Shown here: positions 24,242 to 36,550 of the stretch, one piece after another
Layout of the letters: each line of letters opens with the position of its first letter
Position numbering within the stretch: the stretch's first letter is position 1
The notes under the pieces: generated by a model
Database searches by the model: none
Told to the model about the DNA's origin: nothing
What the model saw: only the letters and a program-made list of their open reading frames with translations
Made by a program: the position numbers and the translations under genes
Origin: Stegostoma tigrinum
Lineage: Eukaryota
Direction of reading: 5' to 3'
NCBI RefSeq assembly: GCF_030684315.1
Contig: NC_081379.1
Location: forward strand, 43,295,404 to 43,359,403
Length of the DNA stretch: 64,000 nucleotides

Positions 24242-25485
24242 GTAAGTTTAATAACTTAGCTCCAAGTTTGATTCCTGGTACAAGTAATTGTGAAATTCTA
24301 AAATGTGCTCATGAGATGGTGCCTGCCTTATCTGTTAATGTGTTTGCCACTCCACCAAGTGATCTATAAGGTGATTAAATTTGTTGTGAAGAGTTGGAGT
24401 GCTCTTGCCCTACTGAAGCACTCAGGTGCAGAATGTCAACTGGTACTGTATTTGACTATTATTGAAGAGATGCTGTACTATTGAAGATGCCAACTTTTAG
24501 TTGAGGTTTCATACACTGTCTTGGGTATACAAAAGGTCCTATGGCAAATGTAAGAGCAAGGAAGTTCTCCTTCCAAAATGTCATCTTCAGACATTACCAG
24601 TGAAATTGTTCAATTGGTGATTTATCTCTTTGCTATTTGTAGGGCCTCTCAATGTGTTAATTTGGCTGCCAAGTTGGCCTACATCACAACAGTGACCATA
24701 ACCAATCAGTTACTTTTGATATAAAGTGCCTTGGGATATCCAAGTTGCTACAGAAATACAAGTATTTGCACATTTTTTGCTGTTGAGAGGATAGAATAAA
24801 CCAAAATTTTGTGAGCCAACATCTGCCGTCAGAGTTAATGTTGTGTTTAGAAGCAATTAAACACACTCAGAATCGTTATGCCACAGAGAAGACCAATTGG
24901 CCTAGCATGACTGCACCAACTGTCCTGCAAGCAGTATGATTTGAGACCATTTCCCTGTCTTCGTACTATGTCCATGCATACTGTTTCTATTTCAGTAATC
25001 ATTTTCTGCCCTCTTGAAGACCTCAATTGTCTCCGCCTCCAACTTTCCACCCACTGCATTCCAGGCCCATACTATTCATATTTTTCCACCTATGTGTTTG
25101 TGTCAGACTGTCAGCTTTTGTTTATGAATGAATGTGTGCTTGTGGTTTTAAGAGTACAGTTTAAAGTTGCAAAGCAGTAAATTAGTGATGCATTTTTTTA
25201 ACCATTCTATAAAGAATAGTTTGTTTCCAATAAATGAAGTATTTTCCTATCAATGTCAAAATCTGGTGTGAATTACTTTTGTCCTGAGTAGAAATCTGTT
25301 TGGCAAATGTGAATATTTTGGTAGTTTAATTGGATAGTTATGCATTTGTGACCGCTTATGGAATAGTGGGGCTTGATTATTGGTACACGTTGCCCAACTG
25401 AGTTGTAACACATTTAACATATCCATCCCCTTTTGTCTAGTATCTGAGAAGTTATCACTCTTCATCTTTTTTGTTTAATGCATAG

Positions 25486-25551
25486 GTAGATTTTGATGCT
25501 CCATTGGGGTATAAAGAGCCCGAGCGACATTATCAGCCTGAAGACACCTCG
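25486..25551 (+). CDS. UFD1: UFD1 exon 8
   Basis: VDFDAPLGYKEPERHYQPEDTS; GTATGA donor. Confidence 0.96.
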
Positions 25552-26531
25552 GTATGAAATTACTGTAACCAAACATTTGCCATTCTTCACTTTTAGCTGA
25601 TTGTTCAGAGGATTGCTACAGAAATTGAACACATTGCTATCTGCAGAAACTATTTGTTCATTTTCATTTTCTACACCTCTGATATAATCAGAAAGGCCAT
25701 AGTGTGTGTTTGTGCATTTTGAGTCCCATTCCAATTTTAAAACAAAATATTCAGACAATATGCAGAGAGCTACTTAATTTGAAAATTGGCACTGGCACAC
25801 TTCTGGTCACTAGTTACTCCATTGCTGGTTCTCTTACTGAAAGTTAGAAGAATGAATTTCTGGATATCTTAATGGTATCCAAATATGACTTGGAGCTTTT
25901 TGCAATTCAGCACCCATGAAGGAAGATCAGTATTTATTAGCTACAGGTTATGTAAACCTGCTTATCCTCGCTCTGTTATTCTGGTTTTCCCAAGGTTCAT
26001 TTCCAAGCGTATTGTTGACTTGCCTAGTTTGAATTTAACAAAAGCCTGTTAGTTAACTGTTCAATGATGTGTTCACCATTGCAATACTTCTATCAATCAG
26101 TGTCTGCTTGCCAATCAATCAGCATCATCTTCTTGTGCATAATGATTATTTGTCCCCTTTATCCTGAGGGGTACAAGACAAAAAGCTTCCACAACATTTT
26201 TCAGGGATACTCGAGTGCTATACTACCAAGTTAATTTTATATTAAACAATAACGTTCTAGATTACTTTGCATAAACAGTCACTTTGTGTTTAACTGTACT
26301 TACATATGGTGCTAAAGATTGTAATTGCTTTATGACAATATCCAAATTGCTGGTAGGTATGGTCATTTAGCCAATTTTACACTTCTATGGAGCAGGGAGA
26401 AATTAAGTCTTTGAGGAAGGACAGATTGGACCATTGTGCAGAATTTCAATCCATGTTTAACCCCATTCCAATCAATTTTAATGTCATTTCATAACCACTG
26501 GTCTATATGATTATCTTTGTGTTGCTTCTAG

Positions 26532-26582
26532 GATATAGAGACTGACCACACTGCCTTTGTTCCAATTGATTTAGGTTTCAGG
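26532..26582 (+). CDS. UFD1: UFD1 exon 9
   Basis: DIETDHTAFVPIDLGFR; TAG/GTAAGT boundaries. Confidence 0.92.
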
Positions 26583-28221
26583 GTAAGTAGAAAACAAAAT
26601 ATATCCATGTTTTATATTAAAATACCTAGGATTTAATTGTTGTTATAGCTCATTTGTTAAACTGGCTAACTTACCATTTTACAGTCCCTATTCTGTCTGA
26701 CTCCAGTTTATTCGGTATGTTCTGTTGTAACTTCTTTAACCTGGGTTATGTTGGATATTTGGTATTAGATTGGGGAGGTGGGACCCTTTTAAAACCAAAC
26801 TTGAAGATTTGTTTCTCAATTCTTGCCTTGAGATTTAGCAAGTATTTTTAACCTTGCCAGGCCCCAAAATGGCAAACACTGTTTAGGAAATAGCTACGAA
26901 ATATGACAGCTCTTCTCTGCCCCCCCCCCCCCCCATTTAGTGTCTTTTTACAGTGTTTGAAAGTGATAGTACGCCCATGAATCCTTGTTCGAAGCTGATC
27001 TGAAACAAATTGTTTTGTGTCTATTTTTAAAGTCAGCATAGTTGAATTTTTGGCTGTAGAATGTGTTTCTCTGTCTGAAATCAATTAAATTATGTTCTAA
27101 ATATTGCACTTCATAACTAATCTACTCTGTCAGAATTGACTTTCAGATGCACTTAGTATTTCCGCACTTGTTGCAATATCAACTTCAGTAGTTCTTTTAT
27201 AACCGTTTCTTGCATACTATTAAGATTTGCACCCTGCCTACTTAGATTGTCCGATTTGTCCAGAATCAAACAAAGGCTGTGTCTTGTATATGCCAGAGAA
27301 AACTAACCAGGGCATTCTATATTGTTAATAAGTGACCATTTTCGCTTTAAAAAGAAGTACTGCAAAAAAGCTGGATGAATTTAAACTGACCACATACTCC
27401 ATCATATTTCGCCCAGTATGATGGTTTGACCCCAGTATGAGGTCAGTGCATCACATTGAGTGATGGGTTATTTTTCCTTTCTGGTCCTAAACCCATCACG
27501 TGTTTGAAATCAGCTGTGGTGCATGAGTTGAATGCTGCCAGAAAAGTGAATGTAGCTATCCCTGTCTCTCTTTGGCGAAGTATGGCACCATGGAATTCTA
27601 GTGAAAATTGGGTCTAAGAGAAATCTTGCGTTCAGTTGTTTATCAACACACCATAAAGGAAAATGGTTGTACTTGTCAGACGATAGTCACCACAGCCCAG
27701 GAATGTTGCTGCTGGGTATCTTGGAGTGGATGCTTAGTGCAATCATCTTTACTAATTACCATCCCTACATTAGCAAAGCAGCAAGCTATTGCACCGACAA
27801 TTCGTGTTCTGCTGAGTACATAACCCTTGTGACTGAAGTAGTGCGTATGACCTTACAACAGAATTGGATAACAATCTCGAAAGAGAGAAAGCCCATTGCT
27901 GTCACCCATTCTCCCACCATTGACATTTATAGTTGTGTGGATGCTGAACTACATTAGCTGCATTGATTACAGTGGCTGCTAGAATAGAGTTTTTAGTATG
28001 TTTGTAAAACCTAAGTCAGGTGTTAGATGGAATATTTGCCTCTCTAGGATTGATGATATTCCTCTTTAATCATGGGGGTCAATACCCCTACCTAGCATCA
28101 ACACTATTTTCTTAGGGACTCCTAGGGAATTGCAGGAAATGTTACATTCCCAATGTTTTCCGTATATTTAGAACAAAGTGTAATTTCAACCACACTCAGT
28201 ATCTAACCATGTTAAAGGACC

Positions 28222-28540
28222 TTTGGTGGCTCGGTGGTTAGCACTGCTGCTTCACAGCGCCCAGTGACCCGGGTTCAATTCCACCCTTGGGTGACTGTCT
28301 GAAGGAAGTTTGCATATTTTCCCTGTATCTATGTGAGGTTCCTCTCATAGTCCAAACATGTCCAGGTGAGGTAGATTCCTATGCTCAATTACCCCCAGCT
28401 TCTAGGGATGTAAAGGCTCAGTGAATTAGTCATGGGAAATGCAGGGTTACAGGATGGAGGTGGGGTCTGGGTGGGCTGCCTTTTGGCGGGTTGGTATGAC
28501 CTCGATGGGCTGAATAGCCTGATTTTGCACTGTAGTAATT
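28222..28540 (+). mobile_element. tRNA-derived V-SINE (HE1-like)
   Basis: GGTGGCTCGGTGGTTAGCACTGCTGCTTCACAGCGCC...GGGTTCAATTCC head (A and B boxes) and LINE-like tail. Confidence 0.8.
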
Positions 28541-28869
28541 CTCTGGTTCCATGAAATGAGTGAGAGTAAAACCACAAATTTTGCAACACTGCATTAGAAT
28601 AAGCTATAGCTGCCTGTTAAAACAATTCTGCATGTTGCATTCTTTTGTGACAGCTACTGGCCAACAGATTAAACGACATAAATGTCATCTCACCCACATA
28701 GAAACAGTAAGCCTGTCTTCAACTTTCTTTTATCCAAGTATTGTACTTTGAATCAACAGTGCACATAGATCAAATTTCATCAGTATTCTCAAAGCTGGTG
28801 CATCGTATTGGGATTGAGATCCTATAATTTAGATAATTACGTGTTAAAACAATTTGTTGTATCCTCAAG

Positions 28870-28958
28870 GCATTTACAGGTGCTGGGAATCGGCTAGATG
28901 GGAAGAAGAAAGGAGTCGACCCCAGTCCAGCACAAATCAACCCAGAAGACATTAAAAG
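28870..28958 (+). CDS. UFD1: UFD1 exon 10 (SHP box)
   Basis: AFTGAGNRLDGKKKGVDPSPAQINPEDIK(R). Confidence 0.97.
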
Positions 28959-30789
28959 GTTAGTGTCAGCTTGTGAATCAAGTTTTCAAAAAGTGTACCT
29001 CCTGTGATCATTCACTGTGTGTTGAGCAACATTAGCTGTTCTTGATGACTGTTCTAGAGATTTTGTGCTCTCAGGCTTTGAGTTTTTGTTAATTGTTCAT
29101 GGGATGTAGATGTCACTGTCAGTGCCAACGTTTATTGCCCAACCCCAACTGCCCTGGAGTTACCAGTGGTTCTAAAGGAATCTAATGATCAGAACCTTAT
29201 GTATCACTCTCTTGTGTTCAGTCTATCTTTCTATTAACTTAATGGATGGTATCATAGCGGTAATCTATAATCAGAGACCTGGTAAAATGTTGCAGAAGCA
29301 AAAGTTCAGATCCTACTATGGCAGCTCTTGGAGAAATTAATTAATAAATCAGTAATAAAATGCTAGTCAAGAATTGGCTTGTAATTTGAGGAAGGGATGT
29401 GCTTTAATGACTCATGCTGAGTGGTGGATTGTTATTAAAATTGGTTAACTGATGTTTTGGAGAGGATGTCTGCCATTTATATATGAGCAGGCCTAAAAAA
29501 ATGTTTGACTCATAACTACCCTCTGAAATGGCGAAACAAGCACCACTATTATTGGTATATGTGCACTATATTGTCTGCAGCAGTTCCAGAAGGCAGCTGA
29601 CCACCATCATCTCAAAGGTAGTTAGGAATGGGCAGTTATTGCTGTTAATACTCCGATTAATCCTGTTCCAAGAACAAAAATAAAACACTTTTTCTCTTTG
29701 AATAGATACTGTGTTGCAGACTACGAGCTTGCAGAAAGACAGTGTTTCTTCTGAGAAAAGGCAGTTAACATGAATGGAATTGTCCTATTCATGCATAGGA
29801 CCTCTATCACACTCACTGGACTAAAAACATATTTGATATCTTGACCAAATTTGACTGCTCTTATCAAAACATTTCTCTGAAAACTGACACTATAAATGAT
29901 TTTACAATGACATTATAAATAATTGCCTTGAATGTTATGTAGATATTCAAAAGCCTCACATTGACTTCAAGCAAGACTTCTTATAATGTATCTCTGTGAC
30001 ATTGTTCACTTTTTTAGATCAGATTAAAATAATTCTGACCGACAGTTTAAATCACATTTGGAACAATGTGTATAATTTGTGCATACACCTTCAAAAGAAT
30101 ATTAACAAAACTGAAGGCATGCAGAGTGAGCAGTAAGGATGATTGAAAAGTGTGAACTATTTTTAGGGTGATCTGGAACATGTCAATCTAATTTCATCTC
30201 AGGATAAGGAAAATAGAGATGTGATGTAGATCCCCTCCTCTATTACCTCTTGTGTATCACCTAGAGATGAGATTTCAGGTGATTTATTCCCAATATCTGC
30301 GTACTGCTAAAGTTTGTAAATTGCAAGTAAAATAATCTATCTGGCTGCTTAATTTTTGCTCTATTTTGTTTCAATATGATCCAAATTTGGAAATGCTTAA
30401 AGTTGTGGATAATGATTAGAAAACTAAATCTTACATTTGTGTAACACCTTTCAAACCTCAAAGATCTCCAGCCAATGTGTTACCTTTTAAAGCGTGGTTG
30501 CTATTTGTAGTGAATGGCAGTATCCAATATGTGCATGGCAAGGTACCATAACAGAAGTAAATTACCAACTAAACTGCTTTAGTAATACTATTAATTTTAT
30601 TAATTGTATTTAATTATGTATAGATGGAGGGCATTATTTGGGGATTCGCTCAAGCAGATAGAGAGACATTCAGAGTCTTGTGGTGTACTGGTCGTGTCCC
30701 TACCATCTGGATCAGCAAGTATGGTTCAAGTCTCGCCTCCGGATGTGATGGTCACAGAAGTGTCATAATATGCCCAAACAAGTTGATTT

Positions 30790-31270
30790 TGGATGTTAAA
30801 CTTGAAAAAGTGCAGAAAAGATTTAGAAGATGTTCCCAGGACTGGAGGGTTTGCGTTAAGAGAGGCTGAATAGCCTGGGGCATTTTTTCCTGGAACATCA
30901 GAGTCTGAGGGGTGATCTTAAAAAGGTTCATAAAATCACACAGGGCATGGATAGGATGAGTAGACATGGTCTTTTTCTAAGGGTGGGAAGGCATGGGTTT
31001 AAGATGAGAGGAGAAGAGATTTAAAAAGGACCTGAGGGGTAACTTTTTCCACCCAGAGGATGGTGCATGTAATGGAATGAGCTGCCAGAGGAAGTGGTGC
31101 AGGTGGGTACAATTACAACATTAAGAGGCATCTGGGTGGGTATGTGAATAGGAAGGATTTAGAGAGATATGGACCAAATGCTGGCAAATAGGAGTAGGTC
31201 AGATTGGAATGCCTGATCAGCGTGGACAGGATGGGCTGAAGGATCTGTTTCAATGCTGTTTGACTATATA
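30790..31270 (+). mobile_element. CR1 LINE 3' fragment
   Basis: DVKLEKVQKRF and the CR1 3' region shared with 11545-11985. Confidence 0.85.
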
Positions 31271-31725
31271 AAGAGATACTAACTGAGTTATAGTTGGGTT
31301 AAGCATTTGCTAGTTTCGTAGCTGATCAGGACACCAGGGAAGCTCTGTTCTTTGTCTACAGCTGTGGATACTTACGTCCACCTGAGAGAAGATAGGACTT
31401 TGCTTTAACACCTCACTCCAGAAAGGGGCAACTCCTGGTAGTGCAGCATTTTCTCGATATGGCATTAAGGTATCAATCAAAGTTTCACTCTAGTCTCTGG
31501 AATGGGGTTGACCTGTGCCTTGCTGTTAAGTGGAGAGACAGGTGGATGGCCGCTGTTGGGCCAAGGCTGAATTTAGGATCTTGGTCCTTTGAGTTATGGT
31601 TTAAACAACGTAAATTTTATCAATCATCTGAAAGTGCTTAAGACCAATACATGTTCAGAGTTTCTGGACTGTGTTAGTTAATGGTAACTGCAGACCAACA
31701 TTTTATTTTAACCGTTTCATCACAG

Positions 31726-31807
31726 AGGAATCCCAAACTACGAGTTCAAAATAGGAAAAATCACCTTTATCAGGAACTCACGACCACAGCCTAAGCGAAT
31801 AGAGGAG
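31726..31807 (+). CDS. UFD1: UFD1 exon 11
   Basis: GIPNYEFKIGKITFIRNSRPQPKRIEE; GTGAGT donor. Confidence 0.97.
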
Positions 31808-34299
31808 GTGAGTGAGTAACACCGGGAGTAAATATATTTTAAATGTTAAATTGAAAGAGGCAGCTAAGGACATATTCACGTGTGGTAAATAATTATAAAA
31901 TGGGGTTGATTTTAATAGCACATTGGGTGCCAAACTTGCTGCTGTCTGCTAATCTGACGTGACTTCTAATTGATAGTCAAACCAAGCATAGTTTGCAAGG
32001 TTTCACTGTTACTGAACAGCTTTGATGTATTAGATATGAAGCTGCACTTCTCCGTTAGGTTTCAGCTCAGTCAATCACGATCAGTTTGTTCTTTCATAAA
32101 TTTTGTGCTTGAGCTGAGAAATGAGCTTGGGCATTCAGTATTCTAGGGTCCAAAATTATTAAGTCATCACGTCTGGATCAGATGCATTTTGGGATACAAG
32201 AGTGGGAAATTGCAAATCCCATGAATCATTGCTTTATCAAATGAAGTTGAACAATCATTTCATAACTAACTACTAGAGTCTATAAAGGCAGAACAGTACA
32301 TTAGGTTAATTTATAAATGCATTTCCATTGTTATTGTACTCAATGAAAAATCAATCTCCCTACAGAATGGAAAGTGTTGCAGATAAAATTAATTTCATCT
32401 TAATATGTTTTAGTACGAAGAACAAGCAACAGCGCAAAATTAAAAATGACATTATAAAGGAGATGCAAGAATAGACTGACCTGGCAGTGTATGTGCGCAA
32501 GATGATAGGACAGGTTGAGAAAGCAGTTAATAAGGCATGTAGGATCCGAGACCACATAGAGAACTGTAGAGAACACAAGCAAGGTTATTTTTTGGTTAAC
32601 CCTCAACTAGAATAGCATCCAATTCTGGCCACAACACATCAGGAACGATCCAAACTTATTGGAGAGGATGAAGTAATGACTTACAGAATGATTCCAGTGA
32701 TTGAGGGTAAATTAGAGAAGTTGGGACATGTATTGGAGAAGTTTGAAAAAAAGATTTGATAAAGGTTTTCAGAATTTTGGCAAACCAGAGGACACCAATT
32801 TAAAGTAGATTGCTAAAATTAGCATTGATGGCATTAAACAAAAAATATTTTGATGTAACAAATGGTTATGGTCTTGAATGTACAGCTTGAAACTATGGTG
32901 AAAGTTGATGCCATTGCTTTTGAAAGAATACTGGATAATTACCCTGAAGTGAGAATTTTCCCAGACTCTAGAGAAAAAGGGGAGGAGTAGTACAAGTTGT
33001 ATTGCTCTTAAAGAGAGCCAACATGGACAAAGTGGACAGAGCAGCCTACTTCTGTGCTGTAACCGTTCTAAAATTTTGCAACATGGTAAGATATGGAAAA
33101 AAAGGTTTCTTTCTTTGTGGCTTGCCTGATCTCTTTGACAATTTGTCTTATCAAATTGGTTGGACAACCAGCCATTTCACTTACTTGATATTTTGATCTG
33201 TGATCTTTGGTATACTACAATGGGAGTCTGTTGTGATCGGTCATGAATCCAACTCAGTGAATGATATCTGGTTGTAACAAGGAAAAGAGTCTCTGGGAAC
33301 AAGAGTAGGAACCTCTTCACAATCTTGGTGCTGATTAAGACAGGACCTGAGTTTGGATTCTGCCTTGCTGTACCTTTATTTGATAGTCCTTGGTGTTTAC
33401 AGTTGTTGCCTGAAATGTACTGTCCTACTAGTCAACATTGCAGTTCCACGCTTTGAACATGGTACTTGAACAAAAACAAATTTGGTGGTTGTATATAGCG
33501 GCATTGGCTTGAATGAAAACAGTAGAGAGGAAGGGATAGTGGTGGTTTCATGGTGCAAAAGTTGGAAGTGTAAATATCCAAACATCCCATCGAGTTTAAC
33601 AACAGGTCTTTTATTTTAAAGAAAAATCTGTTTCCCAGCTGCAAGTGGCTGGTTCATTATTGGACAGGTAGGGCTGTAGCTACAGGCTGTAGCTGGGAAT
33701 TCACAGAAGTTCTAGGGAGGTATTGATCTGATTATGGGATGATAGGGCATCAGACAAATTCCAGACGTTTGCAAGCTTCTCTTGGCCCAAGAGTCCTGCT
33801 ATAAAAGGGACAGTAAGTGTAGGTATGGTATTTCATGCCTGCCTTTAGACACTAGGTTTCCCAAGTTTGGGAAAACACTGTCTGCAGGTGCTACAAATAA
33901 AAGCAATCTTAAAACAGAAGCAAACTCCTTCAAATATTTTATGGTCCAGCACCCTCTGAGAACACTGGCCACCTGCTCCACTGCCCACTTATTTAAACTG
34001 GAAATGGGAAGTTAAAAACAGGCCTTCCTATTTTTTTAAAAATGTAACTAGGGGTTGAGTTTAGAATTAGCCGTGTTTAATGTCTAATGCACCTATCTTG
34101 AACTTTAAAAGCACTAAGCTACACACAAAAATGACAGGTTGGTTAAAAACCCCTGCTAACCCCATCAAACCTCTTTCAACATTAACTGTTGTCTTTTGTT
34201 AGTCAAGGGAAACTATATTTGCTATTTTATTAAACTGTAAATGACTACCAGATCAAATTAGTATAAAATCTAGTGAACAAAATGACTTCAAATTGTGAT

Positions 34300-34347
34300 A
34301 ATAAAATGTGAGGCTGGATGAACACAGCAGGCCAAGCAGCATTATCT
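34300..34347 (-). mobile_element. 48-bp PLE micro-insertion with 14-bp TSD
   Basis: CTTCAAATTGTGAT at 34286-34299 and 34348-34361 flanks PLE-tail sequence. Confidence 0.85.
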
Positions 34348-34868
34348 CTTCAAATTGTGATGTTTCTTTGTATTTGAGCTATTTCATGGAAACAAAATTT
34401 AGGTTCTAATGACTGCTTTGAATTTGTTTCCAGTTTCTTCACATTCTGTGAAGAATGTATTTTGTAATTGTTCCATATTTCAGGCAGGTTGACATGGTTA
34501 TCTTCTCTGTCTTCAACTGATTTGCCATCTGTTTTGGTACAGAATAAAACTCCAGGAGGCTGGAATCCAAGGTAGCCACCAGGAGGCTGGAAGAACACAA
34601 GAAGCCAGGCTGCACCTGGAGGAAAGGAGAAGGGTAATACCTGAAACATTGACATCTCCTTTCCTCCAGATGTCGCCTGGCTTGCTGTGTTCTTCCAGCC
34701 TACTGTTTGTCTGCCATGTGTTTTGGTTGGAATGTTCACAGATCACACTCCAACATGGCAATATTTCCAGTGCAATGTCTGTTTCATTAGGTTTATAAAA
34801 TTCTCAGCTCTAACATTGTGTTGGGGAAACACCACTTTGTATGCTCATGGTCTTTTCTCTTGGTACAG

Positions 34869-34943
34869 GATTCTGGGACCAGCAGGTTTATTGCATTCTC
34901 TGGAGAAGGACAGTCTTTACGCAAGAAAGGAAGGAAGCCTTAG
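34869..34943 (+). CDS. UFD1: UFD1 exon 12 (last coding exon)
   Basis: DSGTSRFIAFSGEGQSLRKKGRKP*. The exons sum to 924 nt, or 307 aa plus stop. Confidence 0.98.
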   Translation, partial: DSGTSRFIAFSGEGQSLRKKGRKP

Positions 34944-35496
34944 AACAACCTGGTGGGAGAATAGTCTTTTCCGTTTGTGGGAGGAACAAAACTTGAGCTG
35001 GATAGGACTGGCTGACCTATCTCTTTAAGGAACCCTTTTACATGTCTCAAATGGAATTCTTTACATTGTCTCTTCCACAAAGTGGAGTGAACCTGGTGGT
35101 TTTACATGGAAAAAGTGAATTCAACTGAAGTGACGACTGGTTTGAGAATGTTGTTCAACACAGCAGGTCAACTGAAAAACATGCTTAAAAACTATTGGGT
35201 GTTTACAATTGTGACTTTTGATCTGTATACACCTCTTTCAGTAAACCACTTTTCTGACAATTTGGGCTTTAATTTGCTTTTATTTCAAGAATGATTCACA
35301 GCAAGAAGTTATATTACAAAGCCAAGAGTTCCATGAATCATATGATGTGATTAGTTACTATTTTATTATGGGAATGTGTGATGTAAATCTAAGTCATTGT
35401 TCTGTTGATTAGAATTGATTTGCAATCCAATAACTATAGGTTACAGAAGGAACATCTCAGTCTAGTCACAGCATGAAACCCTGAAGAGGAATGGGT

Positions 35497-35502
35497 AATA
35501 AA
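35497..35502 (+). terminator. Candidate UFD1 polyadenylation signal (others at 37139 and ~37745)
   Basis: AATAAA downstream of the stop codon; usage cannot be determined from sequence. Confidence 0.4.
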
Positions 35503-35904
35503 GATCTGCAAAGATCAGGTAACTCCCAAGAAGAGATGACACACTGAGCTGGCTGATGTGCTAGTTATTGTCTCATTTGATTGAGCTATCGTATTGAAAG
35601 GTTTTGAGCATTGATCCAAAGAACAGTTGATAATAGGGAATTTCGAGTTCAAAATGTTGCAATTCTCCTTATTTTTTTAGACCAAACTTCAAAAAATATT
35701 CTAATACACCTTTTTGACAAGCTTTTCCTGAAAACTGCCCTGTTGAATGGCACACTGCTAGTGTGGTCCTTCCGAAACAAGTTTAGGACAGGCAAGGGCC
35801 CTTACGCTATGCAACCAACCTCACCTCCTGGGGCATCAATACAAAAGCCCCTAGCAATTGTGGTGAGGCACAAACAATACTGCACTTGTACAGTAATATC
35901 AGAT

Positions 35905-36550
35905 TCATACAGCACAAAAACAGACCCATAATTCCAAACTCAATTAGTGCCACCTGCTTGTGTTTGGCCCATGTCTCTCCAAATATTTCTTATTCATGTA
36001 CTCATCTAGATGTCCTTTTAAATACTGTAACTGTTCCTGCATCTACCGCTTCCTCTGCAAGTTCAGTCTACACACAAACGATTGCCACTCATGTCCTTTT
36101 TTAAATCTTTCTCCTCTCATAAAAATATACCCCCCCAGTCTTGAAACCACCCAACCTAGGGCAAAGACACCTGCTATTGCCCTTGAGGCTCACTGATGAT
36201 GTTACCTAGAATGGTGACGAAACATCTGAAAACTAACCTTCCAGCTCAGTGAGCAAACTTACATCCAGAACCTCAACCTGAGCTACAAATCTTCTCAAAA
36301 CTCGCTAACCCCTTGTGATTTTATAAACCTCTATAAAAATAATCGCTCAACCACCTACACTCCAGTGAGAAACATCCCAGCCTATCCAGCCTCTCCTTTA
36401 TCACTCAAGCCCCCCATTATGGGCAAAATCCTGGTAAATCTCTTGTGAAACCTCTCCAACTTAATAACCTTCCTATAACAAGGAGACCAGAAGTGGACAC
36501 AGCACTTAAGAGGCCTCACCAATGTTCTGTATAACCTTAACATAACACAA
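35905..36550 (-). mobile_element. CR1 3' fragment with a nested PLE remnant
   Basis: MLRLYRTLVRP...VHFWSPCYRKVIKLERFHKRFTRILP. Confidence 0.85.
36190..36229 (+). ncRNA. Hammerhead motif of a different PLE family (element ~36185-36308)
   Basis: tca-CTGATGA-tGTTACC-tagaat-GGTGAC-GAAAC-ATC-tga; helix III reads ACAT rather than ACGT. Confidence 0.65.

Noticed and set aside
26090-26230. Additional hammerhead (CCTGAGGGG...AAAAAGCTTC)
   Set aside because: Core nucleotides are mutated; at best a dead PLE remnant.
28222-28300. tRNA gene
   Set aside because: The A/B-box head continues into a SINE body and tail, with no complete cloverleaf. The same applies at 44443 and 45150.
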